Shown one piece after another: positions 16,313-24,635 of a DNA stretch of 64,000 bases. How positions within the stretch are numbered: the stretch's first letter is position 1; every line of letters begins with the position of its first letter. Made by a program: the position numbers and the translations under genes. Source of the stretch: Clostridia bacterium (lineage in GTDB: Bacteria; Bacillota; Clostridia; Oscillospirales; Acutalibacteraceae); contig JAGAKF010000057.1 of the NCBI GenBank assembly GCA_017625835.1, forward strand, positions 14,662-78,661. The letters are read 5' to 3'. Under the pieces are notes generated by a model. That model was given only the letters and a program-made list of their open reading frames with translations, was not told where the DNA came from and ran no database searches.

Positions 16313-16356
16313 CTTTGAAAAAAGTGGCGGAGCAGCCACTTTTAAACCACTCCGCC
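16313..16356 (-). terminator. intrinsic terminator/attenuator between the pilin genes and the assembly genes
   Basis: On the minus strand: aaaagtgg-ctgctccg-ccactttt followed by tttc. An alternative stem is ggcggag/ctccgcc. Confidence 0.55.
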
Positions 16357-16374
16357 TGAAAATTTTAAGTACCG

Positions 16375-16641
16375 TTAGCCTGCGTAGTTAAACAGTTCCT
16401 GAATCTTCTGTGTAACTGTGGGCATAATCGTTGTGTTAAAGAGAGCGTAAAGACCGCCGAGAAGAAGAGCACCGACAACAACTGCGATAAGGATTTTTAC
16501 ACCTGTATCGACATAAGCCTCAGCACGGATACCGACGAGGAGCTTGATGACCTTTGCCTTGATGACAGCCTCTGTACTCTTAGCGGCTGACTTTGCCTTT
16601 GATGAAAAACCTTTGAAAAATGACTTGATTTTCTTAAACAT
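16375..16641 (-). CDS. Flp/Tad-type pilin paralog 4 (88 aa, long Lys-rich leader)
   Basis: LLVGIRAEAYVDTGVKILIAVVVGALLLGGLYALF: Gly, then an AE.Y motif, then a hydrophobic helix. RBS AGGAGG. Confidence 0.7.
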   Translation of the reverse strand: MFKKIKSFFKGFSSKAKSAAKSTEAVIKAKVIKLLVGIRAEAYVDTGVKILIAVVVGALLLGGLYALFNTTIMPTVTQKIQELFNYAG

Positions 16642-16665
16642 ATTGAATTACCTCCTAAAATTTAA

Positions 16666-16932
16666 TTAACCTGCGTAGTTAAACAGTTCTGTGATTTTCT
16701 GTGTAACCGTGGGCATAATTGTGGTGTTGAAAAGGGCGTAAAGACCGCCGAGAAGAAGAGCACCGACAACAACTGCGATAAGGATTTTTACACCTGTATC
16801 GACATAAGCCTCGGCACGGATGCCGACGAGGAGCTTGATAACCTTTGCCTTGATGACAGCCTCTGTGCTTTTAGCGGCTGCCTTTGTCTTTGAACAAAGT
16901 CCTTTGAAAAATGACTTGATTTTCTTAAACAT
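16666..16932 (-). CDS. Flp/Tad-type pilin paralog 3
   Basis: Differs from paralog 4 at only a handful of residues. RBS AGGAGG. Confidence 0.7.
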   Translation of the reverse strand: MFKKIKSFFKGLCSKTKAAAKSTEAVIKAKVIKLLVGIRAEAYVDTGVKILIAVVVGALLLGGLYALFNTTIMPTVTQKITELFNYAG

Positions 16933-16957
16933 ATTGAATTACCTCCTAAAAATTTAT

Positions 16958-17224
16958 TTAACCTGCGTAGTTGAACAGCTCACCGATTCTCGTTTCGACG
17001 GCAGGCATAATGGTTGCATTAAACAGACCGTAGAGAAGGGTGAGAAGAAGGGCACCGACAACAACTGCGATAAGGATTTTTACACCTGTATCGACATAAG
17101 CCTCGGCACGGATACCGATGAGAAGCTTGATAACCTTTGCCTTGATCTTGGCTTCGGTATTTTCATAGGCTGACTTTGCTTTTGAGCAAACGCCCTTTAC
17201 GAATGACTTGATTTTCTTAAACAT
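16958..17224 (-). CDS. Flp/Tad-type pilin paralog 2
   Basis: Same architecture, with a divergent leader (SAYENTEA) and C-terminus. Confidence 0.7.
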   Translation of the reverse strand: MFKKIKSFVKGVCSKAKSAYENTEAKIKAKVIKLLIGIRAEAYVDTGVKILIAVVVGALLLTLLYGLFNATIMPAVETRIGELFNYAG

Positions 17225-17247
17225 ATCGAATTACCTCCTTGAATTTT

Positions 17248-17514
17248 TTAACCGGCGTAGTTGAACAGACCTTCAACCCTTGTTTCAACCGTGGGCATGA
17301 TGACTGTGTTGAACAGACCGTAGATAAGTGTGAGAACGAGTGCACCGACAACAACTGCGATAAGGATTTTTACACCTGTATCGACATAGGCTTCGGCACG
17401 GGTTCCGGCAACGAGTCTGATGACCTTTGCCTTGATGACTGCTTCTGTGTTTTCATAGGCTGACTTTGCCTTTGATGAAACACCTTTGAAAAATGACTTG
17501 ATTTTCTTAAACAT
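17248..17514 (-). CDS. Flp/Tad-type pilin paralog 1
   Basis: Same architecture (LVAGTRAEAYVDTGVKILIAVVVGALVL). Confidence 0.7.
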   Translation of the reverse strand: MFKKIKSFFKGVSSKAKSAYENTEAVIKAKVIRLVAGTRAEAYVDTGVKILIAVVVGALVLTLIYGLFNTVIMPTVETRVEGLFNYAG

Positions 17515-17534
17515 AAATAAATACCTCCTGAGAT

Positions 17535-17816
17535 TTAATTGAATTTTTCATCTGTTGCGATTTCGTAAGCGGCAAGCACCGCATCGGAAATCTGCTTACG
17601 GGTTTCTGTTGTGATGGGATGGGCAATGTCACTGCGACGAAGCTCACCTTCGCCTGTCTTCCATTTCTTGTAGGGCATGGAAACAAGCTTATTGCCGTCC
17701 TTTTCGATAACTGCGACACCGTGAATGACCATACTGCCGTCAATCACAACGTCGGCAAATGCCTTTACAGGTCTTTCGCCCTTAAAGGTTTTCTTGATTT
17801 CTACTTTGATGTTCAT
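17535..17816 (-). CDS. SpoVG-family protein
   Basis: MNIKVEIKKTFKGERPVKAFADVVIDGSMVIHGVAVIEKDGNKLVSMP... is a typical SpoVG fold signature. Start at the ATG at 17816. Confidence 0.75.
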   Translation of the reverse strand: MNIKVEIKKTFKGERPVKAFADVVIDGSMVIHGVAVIEKDGNKLVSMPYKKWKTGEGELRRSDIAHPITTETRKQISDAVLAAYEIATDEKFN

Positions 17817-17860
17817 AATAATTTTCCTTTCTTTTTTCAAATAAAAATAAGAGTAAAAGA

Positions 17861-18736
17861 TTACCTTGAACGGTTTTCTTTTACTCTTTCTAAATATCGG
17901 TTATAGAACTCGATAGCCTTGATAACAAAATCACAGTATTTCTCTTTGGGTACGCCTTTCGGGATGGCACCTTCAATGCGCTTATCTCTGAAAGGTGATT
18001 TTTCTCTCTGATTTGGTTTCGGCTCTTCCATAATAGTTTCTACAACCTCTGTTGTGAGATTACCTTCCTGATATGCCTTTCGCATACGGATGGTTTGGTC
18101 GTGAGACGGGGTTGCTTCGTTGTACTCCATAGCTTCCAAAAGGTCATATTGTATTTCTTCGGGTAAGTATGATATTTCAACCGCAGGTCGCATTGCTACT
18201 TTACCTTCGTCAACAAGGTCAAGCATTTCGGGTACAAGATAATTTAAGCGGATATATCTTTTAATCTGTGTTTCACTTTCTTTTACCTCAGCAGCCAATT
18301 CAGTATTCGAGCGTGTGCCTGTTAAATTCGGTCCCGTCGGGTCCGAATTATTCTTTGTTGGTCTTCCTGCTTGTCGCCTTAAAGCATCAAGCCTCATTTT
18401 ATACGCCCTTGCTTTTTCCGAGGGTAAAACCGCTTCTCTTTGAAGATTACTGTCCACCATTGATAATATCGCCTCATCTCTTGACATTTCCTTTACTCTT
18501 GCAGGTATTTTCTCATATCCCGCAATTTCAAAAGCTCTTTTTCGTCTGTGCCCTGATACCATTTCATACATTCCGTCTTCAACAGGTCTTATGATGACCG
18601 GCTGTATCAAGCCTCTTTCCTTGATGCTCTCAACAAGCTCATCCATACTTTCATCGTCTTTAACGAGATAGGGATGATGAAGAAAATCACGGATTTGTGT
18701 TAATGGCACATCAGTAAGCATTTCATTCTCTGTCAT
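17861..18736 (-). CDS. ParB/Srx-family N-terminal domain protein (mobile-element ParB-like)
   Basis: ParB box VSGHRRKRA, with an N-terminal IQPVIIRP motif. Confidence 0.8.
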   Translation of the reverse strand: MTENEMLTDVPLTQIRDFLHHPYLVKDDESMDELVESIKERGLIQPVIIRPVEDGMYEMVSGHRRKRAFEIAGYEKIPARVKEMSRDEAILSMVDSNLQREAVLPSEKARAYKMRLDALRRQAGRPTKNNSDPTGPNLTGTRSNTELAAEVKESETQIKRYIRLNYLVPEMLDLVDEGKVAMRPAVEISYLPEEIQYDLLEAMEYNEATPSHDQTIRMRKAYQEGNLTTEVVETIMEEPKPNQREKSPFRDKRIEGAIPKGVPKEKYCDFVIKAIEFYNRYLERVKENRSR

Positions 18737-19149
18737 ACATTAGCCTCCGATGAAATTTGCAATCGCCGCAATGATGTGGAGAAATACTGCCGTGTAAAGA
18801 CCGGGCAAGACAAGTAAACCGTGAATCATTTGTTTTTCCTCCTTGTATTATTTTTTTGAGGGTGACTTCACTTTACTTAAAGTCCTGTGATTTTTTTGAA
18901 CATTGTTTTTACCTCCTTGTTCGCAAATTTTTGTTAAATAAAAAATGCCGCTACTTTTTACAGTAACGGCTATGTATCTCTATTAAATTTTAGCAATAAA
19001 AAAAGACCGATATTTTCAGTCTTTAATCTTGAAAAAATCGATCTTAAAATTATGTTTATATTAAATTATTGGATATGTACGAGTTCATATCCCCACAGGC
19101 CTCAAAAACAGCTATTTTGTTGTCATAAAACGAAACTCTATTTTTGAGT

Positions 19150-19189
19150 CATAAAAACACCGAAACCCCTTGTAAAATCAAGGGGTTTC
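19150..19189 (-). terminator. intrinsic terminator downstream of tRNA-Ser
   Basis: 11-bp perfect stem gaaaccccttg/caaggggtttc (19162-19172 / 19179-19189), followed on the minus strand by GGTGTTTTTAT. Confidence 0.65.
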
Positions 19190-19219
19190 AAGGTTTGTTG
19201 CCTTTTTAGGCGTTAATTA

Positions 19220-19311
19220 TGGCGGAGAGCAAGGGATTCGAACCCTCGAACAGTTTATGGCTGTTACACGATTTCCAATCGTGCTCCTTCGGCCAGCTCG
19301 GACAACTCTCC
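19220..19311 (-). tRNA. tRNA-Ser (anticodon GGA), CCA encoded
   Basis: Minus-strand sequence GGAGAGTTGTCCGAGCTGGCCGAAGGAGCACGATTGGAAATCGTGTAACAGCCATAAACTGTTCGAGGGTTCGAATCCCTTGCTCTCCGCCA. It has a long variable arm, the T-loop TTCGAAT, and the anticodon loop TTGGAAA. Confidence 0.9.
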
Positions 19312-19333
19312 GTATCTGCCTTACAGCTTTTCT

Positions 19334-19362
19334 ATTATAACCAACAACTTATCAAAAATCAA
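19334..19362 (-). promoter_or_regulatory. sigma-A promoter for tRNA-Ser
   Basis: On the minus strand: TTGATT, 17-nt spacer, TATAAT, about 22 nt upstream of the tRNA 5' end. Confidence 0.55.
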
Positions 19363-19443
19363 GTACATTTTGAAATTTAATTTCATAAAGCAAGGCGCTT
19401 GCGGTAAAGAGCTTTCCTCCTCACCGCAAGTGCCGTTTTATTA

Positions 19444-21069
19444 TTACGAATTTTTTGCAATCATATCGTTTATTGTTTCTCTGATTGCGAGCATAGCTTC
19501 TGTTCCTCGGGGATAAAAACGGAACTTGATATCTCCGAATTTCTTTTCAAGCTTCTCAAGAACCTTCTCTCTGCCGATAAGACTTTCAAGAAGCTGCATT
19601 GCCCTCATATCCTGCAGAGATTCAAAAATAACTTCGCCTCGGATTGACATAATCGCTCCGTTTTCGTAAGGATAAACAAGGAACGAGTCGCCCGACGGGA
19701 ATGCACAGTCCGCATCGGTTACCTCGTAAGGATTGATGTGCCTTAATGAATGGGCAGAATTGTAGAAATTGAATCCCCACTGCAAAAAGCCCTTGATATC
19801 GTAGACATAAAGCTGAGTACCGATAATCCTTGTTGCCGAAAGCGGCATTGAGAAAAATCTGTTGCTCAGTTCCTCGCCCTGTCCGCAGCAATAATATGTC
19901 CAGCGGTTTTCAAAACCTTTTTCGATAAACTCTTCGATACTTCCCGTTGACGGAATCGGCTGTTTAATAAGACCTTTTTCATAAAATTCGTAGTCGGAAA
20001 GTGCATCAATAATCGTGAAATCCTTCAGAAGATCAACAATAACATTTTTCGCCTTTGTATAGGATTCTTCCTGCTCATCACTCGGCTCGTCCGAAACATG
20101 GAAATACGTTCTTTCTTTTATTCCAAGCTCTTCGATAACAGCAATAAGCTCAGGCAGAAAAGCGTGAAGAAAAGCAGAATACTCCTCGCCTGCCGCTTCG
20201 GTTTCCCAACCAAAAATGCGCTTGTATTCGCCGTCTGCCTGCGCCATAACTTTCGGTGCGGCAAAAGCACCCCACTGCGAAAACAGATGTGAAATTTCAA
20301 AATATTTTATTCCGCATTTTTCTGCAAGTGCAACCCAACGGCGGAACTTATCAAAATTGAAAGTATATGTATCCGCTTCTTTTTTGACATCAACAAGCTG
20401 AACCGTTGTGCGCTCTCCGCCGATTTTTGTATCAAGCGGAGGTGTGAACACCGGCGTAAGAATCATATTGTTTCCGCACTTTACAAACGCGTTCATAAAG
20501 CTTTCTATGCTGTTCCAATGTTCCTCAGAAAAAACAGGGAAATTGAAATAATCAGCGATGCAGTCCGCGTGGAACCATTCTGTGTTGATGAGTGTCTGCG
20601 CGGGAAGCACGGCATCAATAACGGTAAGAACAAGCTTCTCCGATGCGATCTCCTCGTCATCCTTATGAAGCTTAACTTTGATTTCATATTTTCCTGCATC
20701 TATATCACACGGAACTTCGACGGTTATCCATAACGCGAACCAATTCTGCGGTTTGATAAAATGCTCATTACACACGGGATAAAGCACGTCAGGAAAAAGT
20801 CCCGGTTCCGTGCGCTCCGCACAGAATGTTTTGTCGGGATAGCAAGGAAGCTCCGACGCAACATTTCCCACAGCACGGACAGTTATATATTTTTTAAGCT
20901 CCGATTCAACGCTGATCTTTGCAGTAAATCTTTCATCCGTTTTATATGCTATCTGGTAAGAATAGCGTTCACCTTTAAGAACCCTGGCTTTTTTTATTTC
21001 ATAAAATTCACCTTTGCCGTCAAGGTAAACCTTGCTCAAAGAAGATATCTGCTTAACCTGAATTTCCAT
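19444..21069 (-). CDS. DUF4091-domain putative glycoside hydrolase
   Basis: 541 aa from the ATG at 21069 (RBS GGAGG lies inside the track's GTG extension). Overall resemblance to the DUF4091 family (..NTEWFHADC..NMILTPVFTPPLDT..GGERTTVQLV). Confidence 0.6.
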   Translation of the reverse strand: MEIQVKQISSLSKVYLDGKGEFYEIKKARVLKGERYSYQIAYKTDERFTAKISVESELKKYITVRAVGNVASELPCYPDKTFCAERTEPGLFPDVLYPVCNEHFIKPQNWFALWITVEVPCDIDAGKYEIKVKLHKDDEEIASEKLVLTVIDAVLPAQTLINTEWFHADCIADYFNFPVFSEEHWNSIESFMNAFVKCGNNMILTPVFTPPLDTKIGGERTTVQLVDVKKEADTYTFNFDKFRRWVALAEKCGIKYFEISHLFSQWGAFAAPKVMAQADGEYKRIFGWETEAAGEEYSAFLHAFLPELIAVIEELGIKERTYFHVSDEPSDEQEESYTKAKNVIVDLLKDFTIIDALSDYEFYEKGLIKQPIPSTGSIEEFIEKGFENRWTYYCCGQGEELSNRFFSMPLSATRIIGTQLYVYDIKGFLQWGFNFYNSAHSLRHINPYEVTDADCAFPSGDSFLVYPYENGAIMSIRGEVIFESLQDMRAMQLLESLIGREKVLEKLEKKFGDIKFRFYPRGTEAMLAIRETINDMIAKNS

Positions 21070-21129
21070 TTTGTCTGCCTCCACTGTATTTTTCTTTATT
21101 TTAACACAATGAACGGCAGTTTGTAAACT

Positions 21130-21546
21130 TTATCTGCGTTTATTTACGGCAATAATTCCGCCCACGGCAGAAAAAACAATGTACACAGCGACAAAAATCC
21201 ATCCTGCCAAGGAAAGAGAAGTTCTTGCAATCAGCACAGCCGCAGTAATTATAACGGCACATGGAAGCAACGCGCTCAACGCACCAAACGCTATACCGTT
21301 TTTTCTGACAGGACGGACTGCAACGAAACCTCCCACCAGACCTGCAACTGCACCAAGAACAGAAATTATATATTTAAAAGACGAAACATCAGCATCGTTT
21401 TTCCACAGAATAAAAGCCGCAATAAGAGCTAGTACAACAAACACAACCATGCTGACGGCTGAGCCTATCAAAGTTTTTAATATCATATTTTTAACCGAGC
21501 TGTTCTGCGGTTTGGGTTTGGATTTTGATCTTCTCTTTTTTTTCAT
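21130..21546 (-). CDS. small polytopic membrane protein (YrzE/TIGR04086-like)
   Basis: Basic N-terminus followed by 4 predicted TM helices. Confidence 0.55.
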   Translation of the reverse strand: MKKKRRSKSKPKPQNSSVKNMILKTLIGSAVSMVVFVVLALIAAFILWKNDADVSSFKYIISVLGAVAGLVGGFVAVRPVRKNGIAFGALSALLPCAVIITAAVLIARTSLSLAGWIFVAVYIVFSAVGGIIAVNKRR

Positions 21547-21592
21547 AAAAAATCCCTCCTCATTTCAAACTATGAGAAGGGATTTTATATTA

Positions 21593-23293
21593 TTACTGAT
21601 TTCTTTTTATTTTAGCCGTCGTTGTTTTTGCAAATTCTTTTTCCATAATTTCAGTTTCTTTAATTGCCTTGTAAGCAACAACCTGACTGTTTACGTTACG
21701 GACAGCCTTTGAAACTGCTTTGCTTATTTCCTCGGGCGTAACATTTACGTTACCCGTTTCTGCAGAAACAACGCTGATGTCAGGGAAAATTCTTGCCTTG
21801 ACAATCGTATTTTCCTTGTCATCCTCAGCGCCTACGACCATACATTCTTTAACGACTTTTTCTTTCATAAGAAGCGCTTCAAGCTCTTCGGGGTAGATAT
21901 TCTTACCGTTTCGTGTAACGATAACGTTTTTGCTTCTTCCCTGAATATAATAGAAGCCGTCGCTGTCAACCGTTGCAAGGTCGCCCGTATGGAACCAACC
22001 GTCATAGTCAAAAACGGCATTTGTTGCTTCCTCGTTCTTATAGTAGCCGAGCATTATCATCGGACCTTTGACGCAAAGCTCGCCGACACCGTTTTCGTCG
22101 CAGTTGATAAGTTTCGCTTCAACGTTCGGGATCGGTCTGCCGATTGAGCCGTGCTTGCTTTCCTTGTCGCTGTTACAGATTACAATCGGAGAACATTCGG
22201 TAAGTCCGTAGCCCTGAAAAGTCTGTATACCGTAGCTGTTCATATCCTTGATTATGTTCGGTTCAATGCCTGCCGCACCTGAGATAATCAGGCGGATTTC
22301 GCCGCCGAAAGCATCCTTGATCTTTTTGAAGAAAAGGTCACTCGTATCAATTCCGAACTTTTTGCCTGCCTTATAAATCTTACTTGCAAAGCCGATTTTT
22401 GCTTTTGCTCCCTTTTCTTTTTCGAGAGCCTTCTGTATACGCGAATAAAACTTTTCGATAAGAAGCGGAACAACGATAAGAATATTCGGTCGGTACTCTT
22501 CAAGATTTTTCGTAATGTATCTTACGCCTTCGCAGAAGCAGATTGTTACACCGCCGTAAATACAGCAAAGGAAAGTAACCGTACATTCATAAGTATGGTG
22601 AATAGGGAGAACGGACATAATCCTTTCGCCCTTATTGATTTTAACAATGCCCATAATTGACATAATATCCGAGCAGATATTACGGCTACTGAGCATAACA
22701 GCCTTTGACATTCCTGTTGTACCCGAAGTAAAAAGGAGAACAGAAAGCTTGTTGCTGTCGGGTTCTGCATTGATATAATCTTCATTTCCGTCAGCGATAA
22801 GCTGAGCACCTTTTTTTACAAGAGCATCAAGAGAAAGGATTCCGTCCTCATCCTCTTTCTGATCCATACAGATATAAATCATACCTTCGGGAAGTTCATC
22901 ACGGTGTTCAAGCAATTTCTTGCCGAATTTTTTGTCGAAAATAATTGCTTTGGATTCTGAAACTTCAAGTATGCTTTTGATATCTGCAAACGGAAGCTCT
23001 TTATCTGTCGGCACAACAACGCCAACGCCGCAGACAACGGACATATAACTCATACACCACTTGTAACTGCTTGCCCCTGCAACGGCAATTCTGCAATCCT
23101 TAAGACCAAGGTCAAGAAGTGCAGTACCGAGAGAAAAAACATCATCGTGGTACTGGTTATAGCTGACATCAACAATCTGTTTTACGTCATTTTTAACTTT
23201 AAACGCCGGGCTGTTGCCGTAAAGTGCCATACTCTGAGTCAGGAGTTCACGGAAAGTATGGAATTCTCTGACTTCATATAACGGACGGTTCAT
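21593..23293 (-). CDS. AMP-binding long-chain acyl-CoA synthetase (paralog 1)
   Basis: AMP-binding motifs LFTSGTTGMSKAV, GYGLTE and TGDL. The ATG at 23293 is preferred over the GTG at 23305. Confidence 0.8.
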   Translation of the reverse strand: MNRPLYEVREFHTFRELLTQSMALYGNSPAFKVKNDVKQIVDVSYNQYHDDVFSLGTALLDLGLKDCRIAVAGASSYKWCMSYMSVVCGVGVVVPTDKELPFADIKSILEVSESKAIIFDKKFGKKLLEHRDELPEGMIYICMDQKEDEDGILSLDALVKKGAQLIADGNEDYINAEPDSNKLSVLLFTSGTTGMSKAVMLSSRNICSDIMSIMGIVKINKGERIMSVLPIHHTYECTVTFLCCIYGGVTICFCEGVRYITKNLEEYRPNILIVVPLLIEKFYSRIQKALEKEKGAKAKIGFASKIYKAGKKFGIDTSDLFFKKIKDAFGGEIRLIISGAAGIEPNIIKDMNSYGIQTFQGYGLTECSPIVICNSDKESKHGSIGRPIPNVEAKLINCDENGVGELCVKGPMIMLGYYKNEEATNAVFDYDGWFHTGDLATVDSDGFYYIQGRSKNVIVTRNGKNIYPEELEALLMKEKVVKECMVVGAEDDKENTIVKARIFPDISVVSAETGNVNVTPEEISKAVSKAVRNVNSQVVAYKAIKETEIMEKEFAKTTTAKIKRNQ

Positions 23294-23318
23294 TTTATCA
23301 CTCACTTAATTTTTATAC

Positions 23319-24593
23319 TTATTCTTCAAGAAGCTTTTCTATTGCCGCAAGCTTAACGCAGATACAAAGAAGTTCAACTGCCTTATTAAGCTCATCAACG
23401 TCGGGGAAAGACGGAGCAATTCTGATATTGCTGTCGTCAGGGTCAATACCGTACGGGTAGGTCGCACCGACTGTTGTGAGAGTAAGACCTGCCGCCTTGC
23501 AAAGCTCACCGACACGTTTTGCACAACCGTTCATAACGTAAAGGCTTACAAAATAACCGCCGTTGGGATTTTTCCAACGAGCAATGCCTGTTCCCTCAAA
23601 AGCCTCTGTCAGGCCGTTTGTAACAGCCTCAAACTTCGGTCTGAGAATATCAGCGTGTTTTTTCATATGAGCCTTGATACCGTCAAGGTTCTTGAAGTAT
23701 CTGACGTGTCTCATCTGATTCATCTTATCGTGTGAGATTGTCTGTACTGTCATTCTACTGAGAATTGCAGAAATATTTTTTTCTGATGCCGCAATAGCAG
23801 AAACACCTGCACCTGCAAAACTGATTTTTGATGTTGAGCAGACTTCGATAAACAGATCTTCACTGCCGTATTCCTTTGCAACATCAAAGATATTAAGAAG
23901 CTCATCGGGAGTATCATTGATATCGTGAACAAGATAAGCATTGTCCCAGATAACTCTGAAATCCTTTGCCGCAGGCTTGAGGGCCGCGAAACGTCTTACA
24001 ACCTCGTCGGAGAAAGTAATTCCGTCGGGGTTTGAATACTTCGGAACGCAGAAAATACCCTTTACGCTGCTGTCCTTTATAAGCTCCTCGATGCTGTCCA
24101 TATCAGGACCGTCATCGTTCATTTTAACCGTAATCATTTCAATTCCGAAATGTTCAAGAATTGAAAAATGTCTGTCATAACCCGGTGCGGGACAAAGGAA
24201 CTTGATATTTCCCTGCTTCATCCACGGTTCACCGTCACTGCCCATAACCATACACTGAGCAATGTAGTCGTACATAATTGTAAGGCTTGCTGTGCCGTAC
24301 ATAACAACGTTCTTCGACTCAACACCCATAAGCTCTGCAAAGAGCTCTCTTGCCTCAGGAATGCCGAGAAGAAGGCCGTAGTTTCTTGTGTCAAAGCCGT
24401 CAACTGTCTTGAAGTCACTTGTTGATACGAAAACATCAAGAAGTCCGTTACTCAGGTCCAGCTGTGCCTTGTTCGGCTTACCTCTTGACATATCAAGGCT
24501 TAAGCCAAGCTGTTTGAACTCTTCGTATTTCTTTTCAAGCTCACTTTTCAGTGAAAGAAGTTCATCTTTTGATAAATCTTTATACAGTGCCAT
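23319..24593 (-). CDS. class I/II PLP-dependent aminotransferase
   Basis: Start at MALYKDL behind RBS GGAGG. Fold-type I aminotransferase-like, with a candidate PLP lysine in CSTSKISFAG. Confidence 0.7.
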   Translation of the reverse strand: MALYKDLSKDELLSLKSELEKKYEEFKQLGLSLDMSRGKPNKAQLDLSNGLLDVFVSTSDFKTVDGFDTRNYGLLLGIPEARELFAELMGVESKNVVMYGTASLTIMYDYIAQCMVMGSDGEPWMKQGNIKFLCPAPGYDRHFSILEHFGIEMITVKMNDDGPDMDSIEELIKDSSVKGIFCVPKYSNPDGITFSDEVVRRFAALKPAAKDFRVIWDNAYLVHDINDTPDELLNIFDVAKEYGSEDLFIEVCSTSKISFAGAGVSAIAASEKNISAILSRMTVQTISHDKMNQMRHVRYFKNLDGIKAHMKKHADILRPKFEAVTNGLTEAFEGTGIARWKNPNGGYFVSLYVMNGCAKRVGELCKAAGLTLTTVGATYPYGIDPDDSNIRIAPSFPDVDELNKAVELLCICVKLAAIEKLLEE

Positions 24594-24635
24594 TGTTCCT
24601 CCAAATTTAAAGGGCACATTCAGTGCCCCTTTTTA

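Larger units (their letters stand above)
1573..19238. mobile_element. composite, apparently immobilised genomic island at tRNA-Ser (orphan cassette + ICE remnants + Tad pilus module)
   Basis: cggagAgcaagggatt inside the tRNA 3' half (19223-19238) recurs as cggagTgcaagggatt at 1573-1588 in the same orientation. Content between the copies is accessory or mobile-type, and content outside is housekeeping-type. Confidence 0.5.

Noticed and set aside
16375-17514. Regular ~291-bp periodicity that could be mistaken for a repeat or CRISPR-like array
   Set aside because: Each unit is a complete 88-codon ORF with its own RBS. The units are far too long and too divergent for CRISPR repeats, and there are no short repeat/spacer alternations anywhere in the window.
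18877-18903. Mini-ORF MFKKITGL as the remnant of a fifth pilin gene
   Set aside because: Only five residues match and the codons differ from the pilin genes. The match is too short to support homology, so it is reported only as part of the duplicated initiation cassette.
3459-19220. Functional integrative conjugative element
   Set aside because: Relaxase, VirB4, coupling protein, cell-wall hydrolase and an intact recombinase are all missing. Several ORFs are visibly truncated or chimeric.
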